A stretch of DNA of 64,000 bases, filler included, from Reclinomonas americana ATCC 50394 (lineage: Eukaryota): assembly GCA_048213135.1 (NCBI GenBank). It is 8 parts of 4 records of this genome, joined end to end, with 100 filler letters (N's around TTAATTAATTAA, not from the genome) between each part and the next. Parts side by side here need not be neighbours in the genome. Positions count along the whole stretch, not along the records: positions 47,115 to 55,458 come from PS015040.1; positions 55,559 to 60,396 come from PS015041.1; positions 60,497 to 62,829 come from PS015042.1; 5 more parts are not named here. One strand, written 5' to 3'. A model generated the notes under the pieces. That model was not told the origin of the DNA, did not search any database, and saw only the letters and a list, made by a program, of their open reading frames with translations. Positions 51,455-61,534 of this stretch are shown here, piece by piece. The position numbers and the translations under genes were made by a program. Position 1 is the stretch's first letter. Every line of letters starts with the position of its first letter.

Positions 51455-52310
51455 GCAGCCGCGCATATCATCGCTTCATTGAAAACGAATCGGGGGCCTC
51501 CCAGTTATAATTACCAGACTACCGTGGCGTCGACCACAGCGCTTTGAATGTGTTGAGCATATCGATCTTGTCTCCGTAGCCACAGGCATGCACCTACACA
51601 GCAGTGTGGGTAGCGGCGAGAGACAGACAACTCTCGGACTTCTCTCACCATCACCAAGTCCACCATCTCCTCCGGTTTGTCAGTCATCAGCTGTCTTCGC
51701 ACGACCAACAGCTCGATGCCGCCTGTTGAGTTAACCTGTTGCAGATTGAACCAGTCGATGCGCAAGCGACCGAGTCGCACATGCACGTCGACCAGCGCGT
51801 TCATGAACTGCTGCTCCTGCAGCTCCGACCAGCGCTACAACAAACACTNNNNNNNNNNNNNNNNNNNNNNNNNNNNNNNNNNNNNNNNNNNNNNNNNNNN
51901 NNNNNNNNNNNNNNNNNNNNNNNNNNNNNNNNNNNNNNNNNNNNNNNNNNNNNNNNNNNNNNNNNNNNNNNNNNNNNNNNNNNNNNNNNNNNNNNNNNNN
52001 NNNNNNNNNNNNNNNNNNNNNNNNNNNNNNNNNNNNNNNNNNNNNNNNNNNNNNNNNNNNNNNNNNNNNNNNNNNNNNNNNNNNNNNNNNNNNNNNNNNN
52101 NNNNNNNNNNNNNNNNNNNNNNNNNNNNNNNNNNNNNNNNNTCTTCACCGCATTCACCACATTCCAATAATGCGACAAATGTCCACAAATCCCTTGGATT
52201 CATCTGTCCCACCGCGGCCGCAAACAGTCGCAACGCATACACAGTCGGTCGTCCACTGTTTTGATACTCAAGCCATGCTGGTGCGAGGCGCAAACACGGG
52301 CCGGTATGCG
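51455..52310 (-). pseudogene. Decayed duplicate of the GT77-like 3' end, interrupted by an insertion at 51837-52196
   Basis: 51455-51836 and 52197-52310 are colinear with 47973-48358 and 48359-48480 (RPTVYALRLFAAAVGQMN / QEQQFMNALVDVHVRLGRL). Confidence 0.8.
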
Positions 52311-52372
52311 CAACAACAACAATTCATTCACCAACAAACAAGCAACAGCTGTCTTGATGACCAAGTTCAACC
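52311..52372 (-). repeat. Short copy of the dispersed repeat, abutting the duplication breakpoint
   Basis: caacaacaacaattcattcaccaacaaacaagcaacagctgtcttgatgaccaagttcaacc. Confidence 0.9.
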
Positions 52373-52700
52373 GTTGTTGCCATCCTGCAATCACCCGGAG
52401 AAGCACAAAGCGGGTGCGTGAGTGGGGCGTCGAGCGGTGCCCTTGCAACATCGGTCGTTGTGCCGCTGTGGTTGGCCACAGGCAGAGATGAACGTGCGTT
52501 GGAGAGTTTTGCATAAGACTAACTATCCGAACACATCGCAGCGCAGAGCGGTGATGACATTGCAGCACTGATGCGGAGTGTGCAGCTCAACAACAAACTC
52601 ACTACTTTCGGCAACCATTTCCTCCCTCGCAACTGCCCTCGGAATACAGTATAACAACAACAACAACAAACACAAACACAGACAACACCCGCACGCACGC

Positions 52701-53302
52701 TCATTTGACCAAGCCGTAGGCGCCGACAATCTTCACCGTGTTCTCCTCCTTGACGAGGGTGAACTTGAAGACACCGAGGCAGCACACAGTGGCTGCGCGC
52801 ACACATTATCATCGTTAACCACTGCAGCACTGCTGGAGTTGCAATTGTCCATCTCACTCTCCAACTCACCTCCATAGCGGCACGGCACATCTGGGGCACC
52901 CCGGTGCAGCACCTCGTAAAAGTCACTGACCGGCAACTCCACCACCTTGGTCTTCTTGCCGTCGGTCTTGACGTAGCGCGCCGGGAAGATGGTGTCAAAC
53001 ACACGCTGCGTGACGCCCTCCACCGACACCGCCAGTCGCGTGGAGCCCACGCCGCGGTACTTGATCGGCGCCTTGATGGCCTTGATCATCGCGTTGCGGA
53101 ACTTGTCGCACGTCGGGCCCAAGTTGGCCTCCTCGAATGCCGCCTTGGCCGCCTCCGCGACATCAATCGCGTGCAGGCGCTCGGCGGCCTTGGTGTATTG
53201 CACATGCAGGTTGACATAGGCCACCGACAGCTGAGCGGGCGGGATCAGAGCCAGTGCCATGCGCGCCTCGCCTTCATAGTCACGCGCGGGCACCGCATTC
53301 TG
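52701..53302 (-). CDS. Hypothetical protein (about 175 aa visible; start uncertain)
   Basis: GC3-rich open frame ...AIKAPIKYRGVGSTRLAVSVEGV...CRYG|ATVCCLGVFKFTL...YGLVK* with one GT-AG intron. Confidence 0.55.
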
Positions 53303-53713
53303 CGCGCGTCGACATTGATTTGCCCCACTGTAATATAATAGAAACTTCACTGATCCATACACAACAATGAGCATCTACCAGTGATCGCCTTCNNNNNNNN
53401 NNNNNNNNNNNNNNNNNNNNNNNNNNNNNNNNNNNNNNNNNNNNNNNNNNNNNNNNNNNNNNNNNNNNNNNNNNNNNNNNNNNNNNNNNNNNNNNNNNNN
53501 NNNNNNNNNNNNNNNNNNNNNNNNNNNNNNNNNNNNNNNNNNNNNNNNNNNNNNNNNNNNNNNNNNNNNNNNNNNNNNNNNNNNNNNNNNNNNNNNNNNN
53601 NNNNNNNNNNNNNNNNNNNNNNNNNNNNNNNNNNNNNNNNNNNNNNNNNNNNNNNNNNNNNNNNNNNNNNNNNNNNNNNNNNNNNNNNNNNNNNNNNNNN
53701 NNNNNNNNNNNNN

Positions 53714-55458
53714 NGTCTTCTTTTCTTCCTTCTTCTGCTTTATCCTCATGGATTGTCGTTGTTTCATTCCCTGTTGCAGAGACATCATCTTCGAGTACTC
53801 GCCCCGTCACTGTGCGCGCGGTGCTCGCGGTGGCGGATGCGGCGACTATTATCGCGGGTGTGCCGATGGTGGTCAACGTGCTTGCCAACGACACCGGGAT
53901 GGGCCTGGTGGTCACGGCGGTGATCGATACGGCATTCGGGGGCACGGTCTTCAATCTGCCAAGCGCAGGCAGCACGGCAACTCTGGCCGACGGCAGCGTT
54001 GTCACTCGACGCAGCGACAAGCGGCTGGACGTAACGGCGCCAACCGCAGGCGTCGTGCGGAGCTTCGACTACCGTGTTACTGACGGGATCAACACGGCCA
54101 CTGCCTCGGTGACACTGACGGTGGCGTCTGACGAAACAACTGCGCGCACCGTTGGCCACGTCTTGGTTTTCGACACCACCAAAGCGGGGACTGCCAGTAA
54201 CCAGTTGCAGCTGCCAGTGGCTGGCGGCGCGACCAACAGTTTTAGAGTGTTTTGGGGCGATGGAAGCTCGCAAGTGGCCACCGGTACGGTGACGAAGACG
54301 TACGCCGCCAGTGGCACGTACACTGTGACGATTGTGGGCAAGTTTGCGGGTCTCAAGTTCAACAACAGTGGTGATCGGCTGAAGCTGAGCACCATCAGTC
54401 AGTGGGGCAATGTGGCGTTCACCGACCTTGTCAGCGCATTCGCCGGTTGCGCCAATTTACAGGTCACCGCCACCGACACACCGTACCTAGCCAACGCCAG
54501 TAGTCTAGCTAACACATTTTTGGTCTGCACTGCGTTGACGGGCGCGGGAGCTAATTGGAACTGGGACGTTTCCATAGTGACCAACATGTCAGGCATGTTC
54601 CAGTCGACGGCGTTCAACCAGAACATTGGCGGGTGGAACACTGCTGCCGTCACCAACATGTCGAGCATGTTCTACGGGACGACGGCCTTCAACCAGAACA
54701 TTGGCGGATGGAACACTGCTGCCGTCACCAACATGGCGAGTATGTTCCGTGGGGCGACAGCGTTCAATGGTGACATTAGCGGGTGGAGCACTGCTGCCGT
54801 CACCAACATGTCGAGTATGTTCCAGGGGGCGACGGCCTTCAACCAGAACATTGGCGGATGGAACACTGCTGCCGTCACCAACATGTCGAGCATGTTCCAG
54901 GGGGCAACGGCCTTCAACCAGAACATTGGCGGATGGAACACTGCTGCCGTCACCAATATGTCGAGCATGTTTTTTGCAGCGACAGCATTCAATCAGAACG
55001 TTGGCGGATGGAACACTGTTGCCGTTACCAACATGGCGAGCATGTTTTATGGAGCGACAGCATTCAACCAGAACATTGGCGGATGGAACACTGCTGTTGT
55101 CACCAACATGTTGAGTATGTTCCGTGGGGCGACGGCGTTCAATCAGAACATTGGCGGGTGGAACACTGCCGCTGTCACCAGCATGTCGTACATGTTTTAT
55201 GGAGCGACAGTTTTCAATGGTGATATCAGCGGGTGGAACACTGCTGCCGTCACCAACATGTCGAACATGTTTCAGGGGGCACCAGCATTCAACCAGAACA
55301 TTGGCGGATGGAACACTGCTGCCGTCACCAACATGTCGTACATGTTCTACGGGGCGGCGGCCTTCAACCAGAACATTGGCGGGTGGAACACTGCTGTTGT
55401 CACCAACATGTCAAACATGTTTCAGGGAGCGACGGCATTCAACCAGAACATTGGCGGG
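53714..55458 (+). CDS. DUF285 / bacterial surface-protein-repeat (BspA-like) protein with Ig-like and PKD-like domains; partial at both ends
   Basis: NVLANDT...SFDYRVTDG..TATASVTLTV, VFWGDGS..KTYAASGTYTVTI.G, ISQWG, then 25-aa repeats AFNQNIGGWNTAAVTNMxxMFxGAT; no intron in more than 1.6 kb. Confidence 0.9.
54610..55458 (+). repeat. Coding tandem array of 75-bp units (11 complete plus 1 partial)
   Basis: TTCAACCAGAACATTGGCGG.TGGAACACTGCTGCCGTCACCAACATG recurs every 75 nt up to the gap. Confidence 0.95.
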
Positions 55459-55558
55459 NNNNNNNNNNNNNNNNNNNNNNNNNNNNNNNNNNNNNNNNNN
55501 NNTTAATTAATTAANNNNNNNNNNNNNNNNNNNNNNNNNNNNNNNNNNNNNNNNNNNN

Positions 55559-56110
55559 GACGCCAAGGCGAAAGCCAAGAAGACATCGGCGGCGGGTGGA
55601 GCGGCGGGATCTGGCGCGTCGGGAGCGTCCTCGATCTCGGCTGCGGTCGACAAGTTGCTGCCGGAGATCACTGGTCTCACTGGCGAGGCGTTGGAGAAGG
55701 CCCGTCGCGACCGCAAGGTATTCTTGGCCAAGGCCTTCGCCGCCAAGATGGCCATTGAGGCGCGCACGGCGGCCGGCGCCTTGCCGGGCGTGGCAGCGGA
55801 GGAGGTGCACCACTTTGAGGATGAGCTGGAGATCAATGACTACCCGCAGCATCCGCGCTGGAAGGTCACCAACAAGGAGGCGACGACCAAGTTCGAGGAC
55901 GAGTTTTGTGTGGCCATCACGACTCGTGGCACCTTTTACAAGAAGGGCGAGCCGATCGCGGAGGGCGATCGCAAGCTGTACTTGCGCATCGAGGGTGCCG
56001 ACGAGGACAGCGTGAGACAGGCCAAGGCCGAAATCAAGAAGGTGTTGGACGACACGACACAGATGATGGCGGAGCGCGGCCAGCTCGGCGGCCGCTACAA
56101 TGTGCTGTGA
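55559..56110 (+). CDS. DDX46: DDX46/Prp5 C-terminal KH-like domain (on an inverted contig)
   Basis: FEDELEINDYPQHPRWKVT..AITTRGTFY..GDRKLYLRIEG..AKAEIK..GGRYNVL*. Confidence 0.92.
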   Translation, partial: DAKAKAKKTSAAGGAAGSGASGASSISAAVDKLLPEITGLTGEALEKARRDRKVFLAKAFAAKMAIEARTAAGALPGVAAEEVHHFEDELEINDYPQHPRWKVTNKEATTKFEDEFCVAITTRGTFYKKGEPIAEGDRKLYLRIEGADEDSVRQAKAEIKKVLDDTTQMMAERGQLGGRYNVL

Positions 56111-56214
56111 TGACCTTAATTTGCGCATCTCTCTATCTTCTTTACACCACGAAAAATCGCACAAATAAACAGCAGTGTTTCATTTTAGGGATACAAGTGC
56201 ACGTACGCACACAT

Positions 56215-56573
56215 TCACGGCGACATGCTGCTGTCAGAGGCCGATGAAGGCGACGACAAGAGCGAGCCGAGTGAGACCTCGAGAGAGCGCGACAGGCGCG
56301 AAGACGGGGAGCGCGGTGACAGCACACTGCGCTGGTGCTGGCGCACGTAGGCCTCGTAGTTGAGATGCTCGGGATCGGTGTCCATGGGCACCGGCGGCAA
56401 CTCGCGCATCTCTTGTGCAATCGAGCGGCCCAACTCGGGACCTACGGCGTGCACCAATTCCGCCTCGGTCATGTATGGTCGGCCGCCGGCAATCTGCTGC
56501 ATGGCCTTCAGCAAGTCGTTCTGCTGCTCGTCGGCAATGGCCTGCTCCATCAGCACCACGTGCAGCTGCTGCT
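56215..56573 (-). CDS. C-terminal fragment resembling the alpha-actinin/spectrin Ca-insensitive EF-hand
   Basis: DLLKAMQQIAGGRPYMTEAEL...MRELP...LNYEAYV resembles the actinin pattern FxxLAxxKPYIxxxEL...LDYxAF. Confidence 0.55.
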
Positions 56574-57153
56574 NNNNNNNNNNNNNNNNNNNNNNNNNNN
56601 NNNNNNNNNNNNNNNNNNNNNNNNNNNNNNNNNNNNNNNNNNNNNNNNNNNNNNNNNNNNNNNNNNNNNNNNNNNNNNNNNNNNNNNNNNNNNNNNNNNN
56701 NNNNNNNNNNNNNNNNNNNNNNNNNNNNNNNNNNNNNNNNNNNNNNNNNNNNNNNNNNNNNNNNNNNNNNNNNNNNNNNNNNNNNNNNNNNNNNNNNNNN
56801 NNNNNNNNNNNNNNNNNNNNNNNNNNNNNNNNNNNNNNNNNNNNNNNNNNNNNNNNNNNNNNNNNNNNNNNNNNNNNNNNNNNNNNNNNNNNNNNNNNNN
56901 NNNNNNNNNNNNNNNNNNNNNNNNNNNNNNNNNNNNNNNNNNNNNNNNNNNNNNNNNNNNNNNNNNNNNNNNNNNNNNNNNNNNNNNNNNNNNNNNNNNN
57001 NNNNNNNNNNNNNNNNNNNNNNNNNNNNNNNNNNNNNNNNNNNNNNNNNNNNNNNNNNNNNNNNNNNNNNNNNNNNNNNNNNNNNNNNNNNNNNNNNNNN
57101 NNNNNNNNNNNNNNNNNNNNNNNNNNNNNNNNNNNNNNNNNNNNNNNNNNNNN

Positions 57154-60100
57154 NGTCGCCGTCCTCGTCGCCACCCTTGTCGTCTTCGTGATCGCTCTCG
57201 GCGTCCTCCTCCGTCAACAAGCCCATCGCGCGTGCCTCGCGTCGCTTCGCCTCACGCTTCGCCTTCTCCTCCGTCTCGTCAAACTTGAATCCGCGTCCAC
57301 CAAACCCTGCATTGGAAAAGTGTTTCACTGTGCCCTCCTTGCGCTTGCTGAGGAACGCTGCGCACACAACACACGTGTTTCGTTGAGCATCATGCATGCA
57401 TGCAAACAACACACAGCAAACTCACCGTCGGCCATCTTGCGCAACTGCTCCGGCACGGCATTGTTGCTCTGCTCGAGCGCCTTGGCCAAGTCGGGGGCGT
57501 ACCGCTCCTCAGCCGGCGTCATGAAAGTGTACGCAGTGCCGGTGCGTCCGGCACGACCTGTGCGACCGACGCGATGCACATAGTCTTCGTAGTGATTCGG
57601 TGCGTTGTAGTTGATGACCAGCACCAGATCCTTGACGTCCAGGCCGCGCGCGGCCACCGACGTGGCCACCATCAGCGTCTTCTCCTTGGCCTTGAACTGC
57701 GCAATCGTGTACTCACGGTCCACTTGTTCCTGCACGACGAGCGGGGAGGGGAACGACCAGTTGGGCACACCAAATGTGGAGACACACAAGACACAGTGCG
57801 GCGAGGGGAGCGTACCTTGCCACCATGGAGCGAGAGGCAATCGTAACCGGCACGCATGAGGTCGTGGAACAAGGAGTCACACTCTTCTTGTCGATCAACA
57901 AACACCAACACACTGCCGCGCTCGTACCATTCACCGAGCAGCGTGAGCAGCCGCAGGAACTTGGCCTCCTCCTCCATGACCTCCACATACTGCGTTACAC
58001 TCTGCGAGGCCACGCTGCGACCGCCCACCTCGATCTCGATCGGCTTGCGCAGAATGCCGCGGGCCAGCTTCTCGACGGCACGCGGAAACGTGGCCGAGAA
58101 CATCACCGTCTGCCGGTCCGGTCGCACATTCTCCGTGATGCGGGTGATCTGCGGACCGAATCCCAAATCAAACATGCGATCGGCCTCGTCAAGCACAACG
58201 TACGTCACACGAGTCAGGTTCGTCACACCTGTGTTCCACACAAATGACGCGTGAGTGAAGGAGGGTGGGTGGTGTTGGAGGCAGTGGGAGAGAAGGGGAG
58301 AACGCAACGACCGCGGTTGGCACACAGCAAGTCGATCATGCGCCCTGGTGTACACACAATGATCTCGGCACCACGTTTCAGATCGGCAATCTGCTCGGCA
58401 ATGCCGGCGCCGCCGTATACACACACCGTGCGCAGACCGAGGGGGCTCGCAAACTTCTTCGTGTCCGAGTAGATCTGCGTGGCCAGCTCGCGCGTGGGCG
58501 CCATGATGAGTGCAATCGGTCCATCGCCCTCTCGTAGTGGCGGCTGATCCTTGATGTGGCGCAACATCGGCAACACAAACGCCAGCGTCTTGCCAGAGCC
58601 CGTCTTCGCAATGCCAATCACATCGCGCCCCGACATGATGGCCGGAATCGCCTGCTGCTGAATCGCAAACGGCCGCTCAAAGCCCGACTTGTTGATCACG
58701 TCCACACTGGTCGGAGGGAGACAAGGGAATGTGTGAGGAGGAGCGGTGGAAGAAAGAGAGGAGGAGAGGCAAATGAGTGGAAGAGAGGAGAAGAGGCAAG
58801 GAGTAGAAGAGAGAGGAGGAGAGGTAAAGAGTGGAAGAAAGAGGAGGAGAGGCAAGGAGTGGAAAAAGAGGAGGAGAGACAAAAGAGTGGAAGCTAGAGG
58901 AGGAGAGTGGAAGAGAGAGGAGGAGAGGAGGAGAGGCAAAGAGTGAAAGATAGAGGAAAGAGTGGAAGAGGAGGAGAGGTAAAGAGTGGAAGAGAGAGGA
59001 GGACAGGCAAGGAGTGCAGAAAAGAGGAGGACAGGCAAAAGAGCGGAAGAGAGAGGAGGAGAGGCAAAGAGTGAAAGAAAGAGGAGGAGAGGAGGAGAGG
59101 AGGAGAGGCAAAGAGTGAAAGATAGAGGAAAGAGTGGAAGAGGAGGAGAGGCAAAGAGTGAAAGAAAGTGGAGGAGAGGCAAGAGTGGACGAAGGAGGAG
59201 GAGAGGCAAAGAGTGGAAGAGAGAGGAGGAGAGGCAAACAGTGAAAGAAAGAGGAAAGAGTGGAAGAGAGAGGAGGAGAGGCAAAGAGTGGAAGAAAGAG
59301 GAGGAGAGGTAAAAGAGTGGAAGAGGAGGAGAGGTAAAGAGTGGAAGAGAGAGGAGGACAGGCAAGGAGTGGAGAAAAGAGGAGGACAGGCAAAAGAGCG
59401 GAAGAGAGAGGAGGAGAGGCAAAGAGTGGACGAAGGAGGAGAGAGAGGTAAAAGAGTGGAAGAGAGAGGAGGAGAGGCAAGGAGTGGAAGAAAGCAAAAG
59501 AGTGGAAGAAAGTGGAGGAGAGGTAGACGCAACATTTTCGTGGGCAAACCACACTGGTGCCAGGCACGGATCGGGCGCGGGCAACCCTTGCCGCGAATGC
59601 GAACCTTGTCGGCGGCCAGCTGCGCCTTGATCTCCGCGTCTGTCAGGCGTGCCACATCACGCGGCTCGATCCAAAAATTCTTCGTAAACTTCTCGTAGTT
59701 CATCTTGGAGTGGTCGACTGGCTTCAGGTCCTTCTTGTTGCTCTTCTCCGCCTCCGACTCCACCACCGTGCCCATATACTCATCGTCATCGTCGCCACGA
59801 CCGCCACCCGCCATATCATCCTCGTCGTCATCGTCGTCACCATTGGCCGCACCGCCGCCGGTCGACGACGAAGCCGCACCACCGCCGGAGGCACCACCAG
59901 AACCAGAACCAGCACCACTGCTACCACCAGCCACCGGCGCGTCACTGGCCTTGCGCATCGCCTCGAGGAAGCGCTGTCGATACTCATCGCTGTCGCCACC
60001 AGTCCCATTCGCCTCCTGCTCTACTTCGTCGGACTCCTGCTTGATTGGCTGATCGACGTCCATCTTGCCGCTCATAATGTCGTCGAGCGAGATGGCCATG

Positions 60101-60395
60101 GATGCGGCCGGCTTGTTCGATACCAAGCCTCCCAGTCGATCACGCACCAGCTGCGGAGAATGAGTGGTGAGAAGCAGTCGAGGTGAGGGAGAGAGAAACA
60201 GTGAGGAAAACGCACCGAATCGCCACCATCCAGCTGCTGCACGGTGCTCGCCACGTCGACCATGAATGCATCGAGCGGGTCCACCTCAGGCGCCGCCCCA
60301 TTCCCATCGCCGTTGGCAGCGGTTGCACCACTACTGCCGCTGCCGTCGACAGCCATGGCAGAGACAGCGGTGGTTGTGGAAGAGGACGACGCCGC
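57154..60395 (-). CDS. DDX46: DEAD-box helicase DDX46/Prp5, main body
   Basis: [101 protein letters not shown]. Confidence 0.97.
58733..59525. repeat. Polypurine/polypyrimidine minisatellite (about 28 bp, GAGTGGAAGAGAGAGGAGGAGAGGCAAA) filling a DDX46 intron
   Basis: Many degenerate tandem units within intron 58707-59533. Confidence 0.9.
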
Positions 60396-60519
60396 ANNNN
60401 NNNNNNNNNNNNNNNNNNNNNNNNNNNNNNNNNNNNNNNNTTAATTAATTAANNNNNNNNNNNNNNNNNNNNNNNNNNNNNNNNNNNNNNNNNNNNCGTT
60501 GTCCAAGTCATGACATCTC

Positions 60520-60636
60520 TCACTCCCTCTTGACACTCACCAACTCAAAGTTGACGATGTTGCCGGCGGCGAACACTGACACCACCACGCAGCTCAGCGC
60601 CAAGGCGCACGCGAGAAGCACAAAAGAAGAGCGCAT
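60520..60636 (-). CDS. First exon of a secreted or ER protein (rest in gap)
   Basis: MRSSFVLLACALALSCVVVSVFA signal peptide followed by AGNIVNFELVSVKR and a GTGAG donor. Confidence 0.45.
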   Translation of the reverse strand: MRSSFVLLACALALSCVVVSVFAAGNIVNFELVSVKRE

Positions 60637-60724
60637 GTCACACACACACAAAAAAACAGACAAAGGGGGACAGATGGAGACAATGACGTCAGCCGTAGAC
60701 AACCAACCCTACAGAAGCAACTTA

Positions 60725-60896
60725 CAACAACAACAATTCATTCACCAACAAACAAGCAGCAGCTGTCTTGATGACGAAGTTCAGTCATATCCAAAACAGC
60801 AACAACAACAAACAAGCAACAGCTGTCTTGATGACCAAGTTCAACCGTATCCAAAACATCAACACAGACATGAATCTTGAGACAGCAGCAGGTTTC

Positions 60897-60937
<41 letters not shown>

Positions 60938-60985
60938 CGCTCTCGGAGCTCCGAACAAGTCGAGAACTGCGATCTTCACCGCATG
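60725..60985 (-). repeat. Dispersed repeat copy with a tandemly duplicated core and (GT)n
   Basis: Two cores (about 60725-60783 and 60801-60845) plus an extension matching 51150-51235; tcttcaccgcat is shared with 52142. Confidence 0.88.
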
Positions 60986-61534
60986 CAGCGCGGAACAGTG
61001 GATTTGACGCACTTGCATAGACGCATATCGTTTTCTGCGATCGTGCACGGCACATCGAATTCGGGAAAAGGCCATGAGCCAGGCAAACGAAGCAAACAAC
61101 AACAACAACTTTACTAACCCAAACCGCAACACAGCTGCATGATGATCACCATCTTGAGTGAGTACCAGAAACTCACGCATCACGGGAAAAGGCGAGAAAA
61201 AGTTGAGATGGCTAATGCTGGCGTTTCTGCACGACAAGCATGAATTTGACGTCGAATTCCACGAAGTAATGCAGAAAGATAGCAAGAAGTGTTGGTGTCA
61301 GAAGGCATAAGGAAAACCAACAAAGCCAGGCAAGTGCAAGTGAGTCCGGGAAGGAGCTGAGTGGTTGTCTTTGTCGACAATGGTCCTGCTGTTGCCCCCT
61401 TTCCGACACACCCTCGCTTCCTTTTTCCCCGCACATTCACCTCTTTTATTCGTCACGCTGTCTGCACTTGTCGAAGACGAAAGTGCGACACGGCACAAGA
61501 GGAGAACGATCGCCGGCTCGTGGGCGTGTGCGGC

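Noticed and set aside
54610-55458. CRISPR-like array or diversity-generating retroelement
   Set aside because: The units are in-frame 75-bp coding repeats without unique spacers; no cas or reverse transcriptase gene and no adenine-specific template/variable pair.
9691-56573. Gene scrambling or trans-splicing to explain opposite-strand gene pieces
   Set aside because: Every inverted piece is a whole contig bounded by gaps; a simple flip restores each gene, and no pointer repeats were seen.
58223-59698. Long Leu/Ser/Pro or Glu/Arg ORFs
   Set aside because: Read-through of the intronic minisatellite of DDX46.
60520-60636. Ribophorin I assignment for the signal-peptide exon
   Set aside because: Too little mature sequence before the gap to support a name.
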